Virus record (IMG/VR): IMGVR_UViG_3300012665_000858
Length of the DNA stretch: 64,000 bases
Source of the DNA: an uncultured virus (IMG/VR IMGVR_UViG_3300012665_000858)
Taxonomy: Duplodnaviria > Heunggongvirae > Uroviricota > Caudoviricetes
Reading direction: 5' to 3' (one strand)
Part shown: positions 28,352 to 40,300 of the stretch, piece by piece
Numbering within the stretch: the stretch's first letter is position 1
Layout: every line of letters starts with the position of its first letter
Notes under the pieces: generated by a model
What the model saw: only the letters and a program-made list of their open reading frames with translations
Told to the model about the DNA's origin: nothing
Database searches by the model: none
Program-made: the position numbers and the translations under genes

Positions 28352-31300
28352 TTATCGAGGCAAATTCGCAGTCTTTGCACGAACGAATTTTGCTTGGTCT
28401 GATTGTGAATCCACTAGACTTTCGCCTCGTGCTACCCACGTTTGTCCTACTTTCTTTTGCACAATTACCTTTGCGCCGTTTGTTGGCGGTTCGGTTAAAC
28501 GTACATAAGCACCTACATTTTTGTTTACTGCAAATTCTGCTTGTAATTGCTTGTCGCCGCTTGGGCTATCTGGTCCTAAACTTTCGTCCCAGACTGCTGT
28601 TGGGGTTTTGCGCAGACGGCGGCCGGCCACAAATACTTCAATATCTAAACCTTCCCAGTACTCTAACGGAATACTTGTATAGTCTAGCACTATACCTGTA
28701 CCAGATCCAACTGCTGTAGCAATAAACTCTGTTCCAATACTATTAGAACTTGCACCAATGCTCATGTAATCGGTAGTTCCTACAGAGTTAACTTTGTATC
28801 CTCTACCTACTTGAATATTTGTTACACTAATTTCAGCAGTTTCTTTATACCACTCGCCAGTTTGTGCTGGGTTCTGTGTGGTTGGAGTATTAACTATCGG
28901 GCTAAACGGTAATAAGATTTGAACATATCGTATAGCCGCAGGTTTTACATAACTGGTCTGTGACACTGTAACTGGTCCAACACTAAATGATGGATTTAAA
29001 ATTACCAAGTCGTACGCACCAACTACTTCTGCTTGGCTGATGAACGTTAATTCTGTACTGCTTACATAGGTAGTATTGCATTTGGCTTTCATATGTGAGC
29101 CTGTCATCTCTCCTGTGCTTACTAATAGTGTCGCTGGAGATCCGCCTGCTGTTTCACTAACAGTGATATAGTACTCCTCTGTAACTGGGTCTTGCCCGTA
29201 AGTCAACACGTAGTAAGAAATTTCTGAATCTATGCCGCCAAATACTGCGCCGCTAAAACTTAATTCTTTACCTACAAATAATCTGTCAATAGAACTGACA
29301 ATCATTTCATTTGCTGAATTAATTTCTGTAGCAATAAATGTAGTCAGTACAGTTGGATCTCCAACAATAACTTCAACTTTATCTGTAAAGCCAGATCCTT
29401 TAACAGTGACCACTTGTCCGCCTAATGGGAACGCTGTAGTGTTATTAAAATTATACTTGATAGAAGTTACACTCATACCAAAACTATTATCATAAATTTC
29501 CGAAGCCTGTGTGTAACCACCAGCAACTAATACCACAGTTTCTGTTTCGTCTTTGTAGGGAATTGTTTGATTTGTACTTGCATCATTAACTGATGTGCCT
29601 GCTGGATGTACTTCTGGCACACCAGTTCCTAGTGTTCCTCTACGTAAGAATCTTAATGTGTTTCCATCTTTTTCAAGATACTCAATACGTTCCTTATCGA
29701 TTAATACAATACCTGCTTGGTTTTGACTACGCAGTGGCTCTACTAATCCGCTGGCGTCTTCTAACACAATGCTAGTGTCGTAGTAATTTAGAGGCTGAGC
29801 TAGTACTGCCGATGCTTCGGCATCCAATCTCTTATAGAATGTTCTGTTCAACATATCTTTGAATATTCTATATCCGAACGGACGACCAGTTGTGACATCA
29901 CTACTGAACACAATAATATCAACTACGTCTGTGGTTAATAACTTTTTGTTTTTATCAATTTGTATGTATGTTAAATTATCTTCTAAAATGTAATCAATTT
30001 CAGGCGTTAATAACTCTCCATTTAGAGCGATCCATATGTACTGCGCACCTAACGCTGGATTTCTAAGTTGGATGCGGCCTGCTAGTAATTGATTTAATCT
30101 GTAGTAATCTGTTGTTCCCACTGTCACAATACTTTCAGTAGTAACATAATCATTATTACGTTCTATATCTAAAATGTCGTGATTGGTAAATGTAGTAACT
30201 GCAAATTTTTCATTTACTGAATAACTATCCAATAATCTTAACTGGGCGCCTGTTGAGTCTTCCTCAACATAATAATCGGCGTTTTCTAAAATTACTAAGG
30301 CAACCTTGTCGCCAACTTTAGCAACTCCACGTTTAATTGTCAATTGATTGCTAGATGATTTCCAAGTGAATTGTCTAGAAATGCCTAACTCAGTACCGTT
30401 CAAGTAAACCTTAACTTTGTTTGCATCAATTGTATTAATAGCATAGTCCACTGTACTCACGGAGTAAGTACGCACTGTGCCGACAACGTCAAAGTAAATT
30501 GTATCTGCTGGTCGTAAAATCCTTCCTGCGTATTCTACAAGCACATTGTTATCAAATGGACGTAAGTTACCTGGAGTATTATCTAAACTATAAACTTGGC
30601 TGGTGCCATCGTATACTATTGTTTCTGTGGTAACTCTGCTGACTGTGTTCAATGCAGTACCGATAATTGTGTAATCAATAATTGCTGTGTTAGCAGGAGG
30701 TGTAGCAAATCTGATACCAATATTTCCAACTTCACTATAAGTGTCATCGGTTACAAAAGTAGTCACTGTCGAAGGAATACCGTTAACTGTTACTAGTGCA
30801 GAATAATCTCCGCTCCAACGAGCTATAGTGACGAACTCATCAGATGCACCATCACCTATAAAGGAGTCAGAGTCTAAAACATTAGTACCGTTTTTGCTCA
30901 TCGATGTAACCACAACTTCGCTGCCTACGGGCAAGTTAGTTGGGAATACAACTTTTTGTAATGCGTAGTTTAGAGTGTAATCGACATCTTGCTCTTTTAT
31001 TAAACCATTTAGTTTAACAAATGCCGCTTGAGTACTATTTGGACGTTGGCCGATTAAGAATTCGTTCTCTGGCTCGGTTGTTATGTAATGTCTTGTAACA
31101 ATTATTGGAGTGCCGTCTTCTACTGTATGATATACTGTAATCGATACCGAGTCTACAACCTGACCTGTTACTACTTCTTCAGGAGCATGACTAGTTGTGG
31201 CCGTAACAAAGTTATCACCGTCCAGGGTAATGTCTTCTGCACGGATACCTTTGGCAGTTGTATATGTAAAGTCCCCGCCGGTAATTTCAGAATCAAGATA

Positions 31301-34300
31301 TTGTTGATTTGGTCTAAAACTACCATCGCTGGTGCTCTTACGGAAAATAATAGTGTCTCCGCTGTTTACATCAACGTATGCTGGAATAATAATAACAGGC
31401 TCAACTGTGATGCCGTCGCCTACAAATGTTTGCATCTGTGCATCTGGGTTTACAATATCTGGTGCCGCATTTAATGTTACTAACTTTGCGGCAACATCAA
31501 TAGTCTTGCTAGCCACTTGTGCTTCTTTGGCTGTTAATAATTCCTGGGCATCATCTAGGTCGCTTTGTGCAACTACTAGATCTGCAATCAACTGTGTTTC
31601 TTGAGCTTGATTTTCAGCCAATGCCGCTTGCAGAGCAAAGTATAAAGGATCACTTGGCGGAGTTATTGCCAACTGTGCTTCTAAGTCTGCTATAACTGCC
31701 TGTGTATCAATTAACTCTTGTGTTAAAGTATCCACTATTTCTTGTTTAGCATCAACATCGGCTTGAAGAATTAGTTCTTCTGCTGTGTAAGTTGCTAGTT
31801 GAGAAACTGCTGTATTGTATGCTGTTTCTGCCGCAGTGTATTCGTCATAGTTAATATCGTCAATTCGAACACCGTTAATATAGATATTAATTTGTTCGCC
31901 GTCTGCTGGAGTGTAGGATAGACTATAAGAACGTGTGGTTCCGTCAGACACTACTAAAAAGTCAGTATAGTCTTCGTCAAAGTCGTCCCAGCCGGCTGTA
32001 AACCAAGGCAGGCCGTCCCAACCAGAACTGATTTCAAAACCAAGTCCAGTTACTTCGACTCCGCCGTAATCGACACCTTGCATTAACTGTCCAAGATCTT
32101 TACCAATCTGTCCAGTGCCTGGTGCATAATAATATTGAATTCTATCAGCGGCTGTCAGTAATCTAATGTCCTTTGTATAAGAAACAGTAACATTAGACGA
32201 CCCAATTTCTGCTGCCGATGTTAATTCAAGCACACCGATGTATCGTGTATAACCCAATGATGTGTCTTTTTTATTGTACACAACAAAGTCGCTGGTTAAA
32301 AGTTCTTCATTAGATACGGTAACTGCTGTTTTATTTGTTCTAATATCTAAAGGCCAGTTTAATTCAAATAATGTTCTAGAACCTGTACCGTCGAATGTCT
32401 GTGTCATTGTTATGGCACTGATCTGATACTCTGGAATTATTCTATCAAATTTAACTCCGATAGTATTAGTGCGTGTAAGTCCTTCACCTAATACTGCCGT
32501 GGCTGTTGCGGGTGTTCCTGTAGCACTTACAGAACCACTAATAACAACCGAAGGAGTTGTTAAGTATCCTTCTCCTTTAGTTTCTACAATTATTTTTGTA
32601 ACAGATCCTCGAGATATGTATGCTTTGGCTGTTGCCTTAACTCTAGATGTTCCTACGATTTCAACCGCAGGCGATGCTTGATACCCAGAGCCGCCGTTAG
32701 TCACTATTATTTCAATGACACGGTATCCTAGATTGTCTAACCAATCGCTATAAGGTGCATTTAAAATTGCAGGAGAAGTGTAAGACACTGCCGAGTCTAC
32801 AACTTTAACAGTAAACGGAACAATCTTTCCTTCTTCCGAGTCATAACGTGCTGGCAAATCAAAATCTGTAGTGCCAGTGTATGTGTTATCTTTAGCAGTA
32901 TAATTACTAATGAATTCTCTAATCTTACTTCTGTAAGGTTTTACTTCATTAATATATTCTTCGTAACTAGATAAGTTATCATTTTTATAATTAACTTTCT
33001 GACGTAGTTCGCCAAGATTATGCTGACTCTTGATAAAAGATGTCTTGAATGCCCAGTCAACAAATGTTTGTTCTGAGAATACATATCTTAAACTTGCAAA
33101 GAATAATTTGTTGTATTCAACTTCCAACTCGTCAATTAACAAATTATTTCTAATGACATCAAGAATTATTCTTAATTCTTCTTTTGGTTCGTCGTCATAA
33201 ACATCGCCGTCATAGGTGAAACTATCAAATCCAATATTGCTGTTAGTAAAGTTATACAAGTTAGTATTAAATTGTATAGTTCCGCTTTGGCGGCCAACTG
33301 TATTGTAATTTAAAGATACGTTGTCTGTGACTAGGGTGTTTATTCTTTCTAGCAATATCCATCCGCCAGATTTTTCGTTTTTAATTTTTACTAATTCACC
33401 GACAGCAATGTCAATGAAACTCATTTCATAAGAAAAATCAACCTGGTGGTCAACTTTAGTAAATGCACTGTATCCGTCAGCATACCAATCGGCATAACTC
33501 CAGTGTTTAGTTACATCATAAATTTGTGTTTTAGATCTAAACCAATTGCCGATTGAACTGTCCCAAATATACAGACTCCACTTATTAGCGGCTGTTTCAT
33601 CATTGTTTACTAAAATTGTAAATGGTCTAATATACAAGATTGTAGTGTCTAGATAATCTCTGCCAGAGTTGTCTACAGTTACTCCTGTAATTTCTCCGAT
33701 AGAGTTAATTCTAGCAGTTAATTTTGCGCCATTACCGCTGCCAGTAATTGTAATCGCCGGGGCTATCTTGTAGCCTCTGCCTGGATTCGTAACAATTACT
33801 CGAACAATTTTTCCTGCTTCTACTACCGGAGTAGCAGTTGCTTGGATGAATCCTGTTGACCCAACAAAGCGTATTTGACTTTGACTATCAATTGCGATGT
33901 CAAATTTTCCAGATAGTTCTGTTGGTGCTTCTTCTTTAGCATTTAAATCTGTAAAATTGAAGTCATCAATAATTGCACGAGATATTAATACAGAATTAAC
34001 ACGCTCGATGAATTGTTTTAATGCTTCCAATCTGTTAATAAACATACTCTGGCGAGGTTTGTTTAAAATACCGTATTTTAATTTAGCAGGTAATCTTGTA
34101 TCTGGAACTTCTGAACCATTGATGTCGTAACCTACTAAACTATCAAACCACTTCTGCTCAACATACTTGTTGAGTTTCTTATTTGTATTGCCTTCAGCAA
34201 GCAGTTGATAATGAGCATGAATATTATTTTCAGTATTATTAATAGTCCAGTAGCGGATATTTAATGCAACGTCTTTGCCGGTAATCAAGTCTTTACAGTT

Positions 34301-37300
34301 TACAAGAGCAAACTGATTTTTTCCTAATAAGGTGGCATACTGAATACCTTGCCCTTTTGGATTTGCTATTAAGTTTGCCACATCACTAGCGGACGTTTTT
34401 CTAAATGTTACGCCTGGTACTGTTGTTTTATTTTTAACCCAGAAATAATATACATTGGTAAAAGTCTTACTAATACTGTCGTACGACTGCTTAATACTAT
34501 AAGCCAAGTCGCCGTATTTGGAAGTACCGCTAATACCAAGTGCTAATCCGGTTTCAGTATCCGCTAATGAATCCCATTCACTAGGTGAGTACTCAGATTC
34601 TACCCACTCGTAAATGTCCACGCTGGCGTCATTATATACATTGTTCCAAGTGTTTGCTTTATAAACTATAGAGCCTTGTAATGGGTTAGCAAATTTAATT
34701 GTGCTAAGATCCCACCACAATTTACCAACATGCGGTTTTGTCCAGCCCATTAGTAAATCTACAACCACTGTTTCTACACCAATTGTATAGATTGCTGGAT
34801 CATAATATGTTTTAAATGATAATTCTTGTTCTGCAATGCCCAGTACTTTTCCTGTAATAGGATCAATGAAATCTAAATTTGCAACTACACTATTTGTTCT
34901 AGTGTTATACAGGAATAAAGATTTAATTTTCGACAAGTTAACACTAGGTTCAGGTTCTCTAAACTTAGTCCAAGACTTATTGCTTCCTGTAAATTCGTAA
35001 AAGGAACCAGCAGTAGATGTTTGATCGTTCACATAAACTTTTCTTGCTACAACAAATGCATCGCCGTAATTAATTCCCGACACTGCACTTGGTTCTAACT
35101 CATCACCGATTAAAAACTTAGAATCGTATTTTTCATAGATACGGATGCTACCTGTAAATTCTTGTTCCGCAATAAACTTAGTAACGTTCAAATCAAATGT
35201 TGTATTTCCGTTATCGATAAATGTTTCAATTGTTTGACTTCCGCCGTAACTATAAATTACAAGTCTGTCGTTGTCTAAATTAAAGCGAACTCTGTAACCA
35301 AACTTTTCGCTATCCTGATTTAAAGGACTTGTAATAATATCATTGGCCGCATACGTAGAACTGTTTAGTTTGAATATTGCAACTGCGCCTTGGTTAGACG
35401 CAACGTTTGAATACCCTGGAACACCGACTGCTATAAAGTTTGCGTCGTTGGTTATTGCCACAGATGTGCCGAAGTTACTACCAGTTTCTAACATTTCTAT
35501 AGAAACAAAGTCGCTGATATTAATTTCTTGTACTGTTACAAATGCTGAGCCTAATAATCTTGTAACTAGTACCGACTCATCATTTTTAGATACGGTGACT
35601 ACATTATTCGATGCAACATCTATATCAGTTACGCTGATACCGGTTGGCAATGTTAGTGTTGCCAAGAAGGTGTTTGTTGTTAAGTTGTAAGCAGATAGAG
35701 ATGCAGGAATTGTTGATCCGTCTCCTTTAGACACAACGTACAAAATATTTCCGTTTACTTGAACACGTTGTCCAAAGTATTGGAACTGTGTTGGGGTTGC
35801 GCTTTGAATTACTCTTGTAAATTCATAACTTCCGTAAATATTTTTTGTGTATTGTGCAACATACCCAATGTCTACTTCTGCAATTACAGGTGGATCTGTT
35901 GGCAACGGTCCTGGTGTCGATGTGATGCCGTATCGTGGAGCACCGATAAACAAGTATGATCCGTCAGCGTTAAAACACAGACTGTCACCGAAACTTCCGT
36001 TAGTGTCTGTAAATGTTTCTGTGGATAGCGGGAATATAGAATCCTGAAACGCCCAACCAAATGCTGATGTAGGTCTGCTGTAAAATAATACTGCATTAGT
36101 CGATGTTGCGGCTAATACTGTTTCTGTCCCGTCAACTGCCAGTACTTTACCAAAGTAATTTTCTTCGCTGGTAATTTTTGTGCTGGTATAAGACTTGGCA
36201 AATTTCCAAACACTCCACGCATTATTAACACCATCTGTCCAAATAATTTCATTATTTTTCTTAGCAGATACTGGCAACGAATTTAAGTCGTCGATTGACG
36301 ACAAACGTTGAGGAGTAAATTTAAACAGATTAATGTTTAATGATAGATTAATTTCTGCAATGGCCGCAGTATCTAAATCTGCAGGCATTGCTATCTCAAA
36401 CCAGTTTAGACCCACAGCGATAACTTGTTTGATGCCTTCTACCGATGTACTGGTATTGTTAATACCTATATACGACCCAACTACTATATCTGTTGGTAGT
36501 TTAGTAACTAACGTAATTCTAAAATTTGTTGCTTCTTCGACACGCTTGATAGACTTAGCAAAATTAGTAAATCTATAAACATTCCAAGAACTGTTATCAA
36601 ATCCTAACCAGAAGTATGTACCTTCTACAAGATCCTTTATGTTATAAGTAGCAAACTCGTCTTTGGACGAAATTACATAATCAACATCCTCGTAGTTTAC
36701 ATATCCAGCAGTTCGGATATATTCTTTTTGCGAAGCAAGAACTGGAAACGGCTCGTGAGTATAGTCATCTGGTTTCAAATAAACTTGATCCGCAGTAATA
36801 CGATATACAAAATCGTTTACCCCGTAAGGCACTGATGTAACTAGTTCAATCGGTTGAGGATTAATTAAGAATTTTTCTTCGTTAAGAATATACTCAACTT
36901 CTTCGAATCCGCCGCTGGCACCATACTGACCTAGTCTAATAGCCCATTCTTCAAAGAATTCTAAACTGTCAGTGTCTGCATAATTCAGTGCGTCGAATAA
37001 TTTAGAAAGACTGTTCGCTGTACCTTTTTCTTGAATCATACCTTGATAGAATTTATACTGACTTACATCGTCATTGATAATATTTTCAAGATATTGACGC
37101 TTTTGATAACCGATTAAATGCTGTGCAAATTTTTGTTGGTCAACATCGAAACTGTCAGTATCTAAATCGTAGAAATCTTCAAACTGTGAAGCACGATAAT
37201 CCCAGTTAGGAATTAATTTAGATTCTGGTTTGCTGTCAAGTCTGTACCAATTGTCATCGTTAAACAATTCTGTGCCCGGAACATTTGTTCTAGCACTATA

Positions 37301-40300
37301 GTAAAACTCTTTATACTTAACAGTGTCTCCCAGTGCATAATCTTTCCAAGCAGTCCACTCTGTTACGATTGCACGGTCGTAGACAAATCCTGGAATACTA
37401 AAATCTCCAGTCCAGTCGGATATCTTATATCCTACAACTTTAATGCGTTCTTGTCTGTATCCTTGAACCTGGTCGTAGATAATATCGTTGAATACTGTAA
37501 CATCGTCTAGAATTAAAACGTGTTCTTTTTGTACAAGATTCAATGTTGCATGGTACAAGCCGTCTGCTGTATTTTTTGGTCGTAGGCTAAAACTATTCTT
37601 TTCACGGATACTGTTAGTAAACGACGGTTCTAACTCTACACCATCTTGTTTGAATATTGAATATTCATAGAAAGGATCATAAATGCTGTCTACTATAGCG
37701 TAGTCTTGTCTATAAATCAATTCTTCGGCGGCAGGGCTCAGTGTAATAACTGCACCTTCTGCCCAGTTCTGTGTAGTCCAGAATGCAAATTCTTTAGCAC
37801 TGGTTTGCCAGTCAGTTACAGTTTTTAAATTAGGATTAAAATATTCAAAAGTAAATCCTGCATCTGTTAGATACTTTCCATATCCCAATAATACATCAAC
37901 TACATCCTGCACTGTACGAAGTTCTGCGCCATAGTGAATTGTGCTAATTTCATTTTCAAAATTTCTTCGTAATGTAATTTCACGGCCGCCCACGATTGGC
38001 AATGATTGTAGTTTAGCAAAATACTTAGATTCAAATGCTGTAGAACTAGTATGAGAAACTGTTACTCTAAAATAATTTTGGTCAGTTTTAACTATTTGTC
38101 CCTTACTATAAAACTTTCCAGAATTCCAATCAATATAAGTTTCGGAGATTCCGCCTACTCTAATAACAGGATCTGAAACAGTATCCAACGGTTTTTTATA
38201 GTTAAATTCTGGAGTAGATTTGTTATAACCTTTTATAACAAACCCGCTGGTAGTTTTTTCAATAAGAACACCACTATAGTCTATGGTGGTTACCGGTGTA
38301 CTAGAATTTAAAATGATATCGTAGTTTTCTTGCGGGATGAATACATTGCCTTCATTTAGCGGGCTACGACTATCTAGTATTAATTTAAACTTTTCTTTGG
38401 TTGTGAATCCTGCAAGTTTGCTGGAAATTTTTACCTGTAAAGAATTTAGATCTGATTTAAAGTTGTCAAGGATAGTAAACGACTTGCTAATACCATAATC
38501 TGATAGATAGTTTACTAAACCGCTGGTAAACACCCTAGTAGAATCTTTAACTGTACTTGGGAACACCATGTTGGCTGTATTAAATCGTAGATTACCTGTG
38601 GGCAATTTGTAAACGATTTGTCCAGTATCATCTCTGTATTGACGAATTCTATCAAATCCTAGAGCAAACATTTTTGCTGGACGTAATAATGTAAGTGCTG
38701 TAATTAATGCAAACGGATAATGGCTGCTTCTTCTCCATGCAGTTTCTATCGGAGTTTGATCGCCAAATGTAAATTCATTTTCCGTAAACACAGAAACATA
38801 GTCCGACACCAGCCCTACTGTTAACGGATCAATTAAGTTACCGTCAGCATCTACTGGTATATACTTTAATAAATCGGGTCTAGCATATAGTGTATTACGA
38901 GTTACCAGTTGACCTGGGGTTCTTATCAGTCCTTCTGATAGGTCGTTCCATAGTAATAAATTATCTTTAGTATATGGTGCAGGTCCGTATGTTGTATCCC
39001 ACCAAGCAGGTTTAACACTAAATCCTACCATTTCCCAAGGATGAGTATGTGGACGATCTGTGTCATAGAAATAATCATAGATGCCGCGCCAGAAGCCTGG
39101 CAACGGATTTCCTTGTGGATCGGCGAACGATTTGTAGTTATAAGTAAACGGCTCGTTTCTGTCGAAGAAAGTATGTTTAGTATAATCTTCGTTAATCAAA
39201 CTTGTCCAGTTTAAAAACTCCTGACGTATTGTTGAATTTAATTCGCTGACACTGACATCTCCAGTTCTAAAATATCCAGAAATTAGTGTGTCAAGATTGA
39301 ACAAGTCGGCATTATAACGAATTTTAATATTATTATAAATTCGTGTTTCTAATTCTAGTAGTAGTTCATCTCTAAATTCATTAGATTCATCTACTCCAGA
39401 AAATGCAACAGTAATACTACCGTCGTGTCCTTGGATTACCTTTGTCGGGGTACGATAAGTGTTGTCAACAAAAATCTTAGGTTCGAATAACGGAAACAAT
39501 CCTAATTTTGTAGGCGTTGGAGGTACACAGCATCCTGCTGTTTCTTCGTACTGATAAATTTTTAATATGTCGCCTGTTTGAATTGCAGAAGAAATTCTAA
39601 TAAAACTAGTATTAATAAATGTATAGTCTCTGCCGTGCAATAATATTTCGTCGTTTACATATACTAATACTGCTTTGGCGCTTGCTTCATCGAGATTAAA
39701 ATCGAATGTTAGCGGATAATCAGTAAACGAATTATCAATAATTTCTTGTTCGTAAACAAAATTAATACCAAACGGCACCATGTCGCTAAGATAAAATGGC
39801 GACTCTGCTGTCTTATCTCTAGTAACTTCTTTTAGTACTAAATCTAAGTGAGTACGTGTTATACCGTCATAACCGTACGATGTTGCAGTTCTGATTAAAT
39901 TACGTTTAAATTTAGAATATTCATCTCTGGCATAACGTAAACTTTTAACAATATTAACATTTTTATTTGTAAAACTGTAAACAATCGGAGCCAAAGGTCC
40001 TGAGTGTTGAACAATTTGTGTGCCGTATCCTGAAATATTTCCCAAGTCTCTTAGGTTACTATCTCCTGGAACTGCGCCTTGGAAGTTAGCAAAATTTTCA
40101 GAAATTGTTTTTAAATGGTTGGAAATTTGACCCAACGTCAAGTCTTCTAGACTTAGATTCTGTGGGTTACTTTCAAGATTACTTGGAAATTTATAGAAGC
40201 CGTTGTTTTCTAATTTTGCGGCCGATGACATGGTTTCAAGCACTACTACATCGCCTACTGCCAAATCTGCTGTAAACTGAATATATGCTATACTGTTTTG

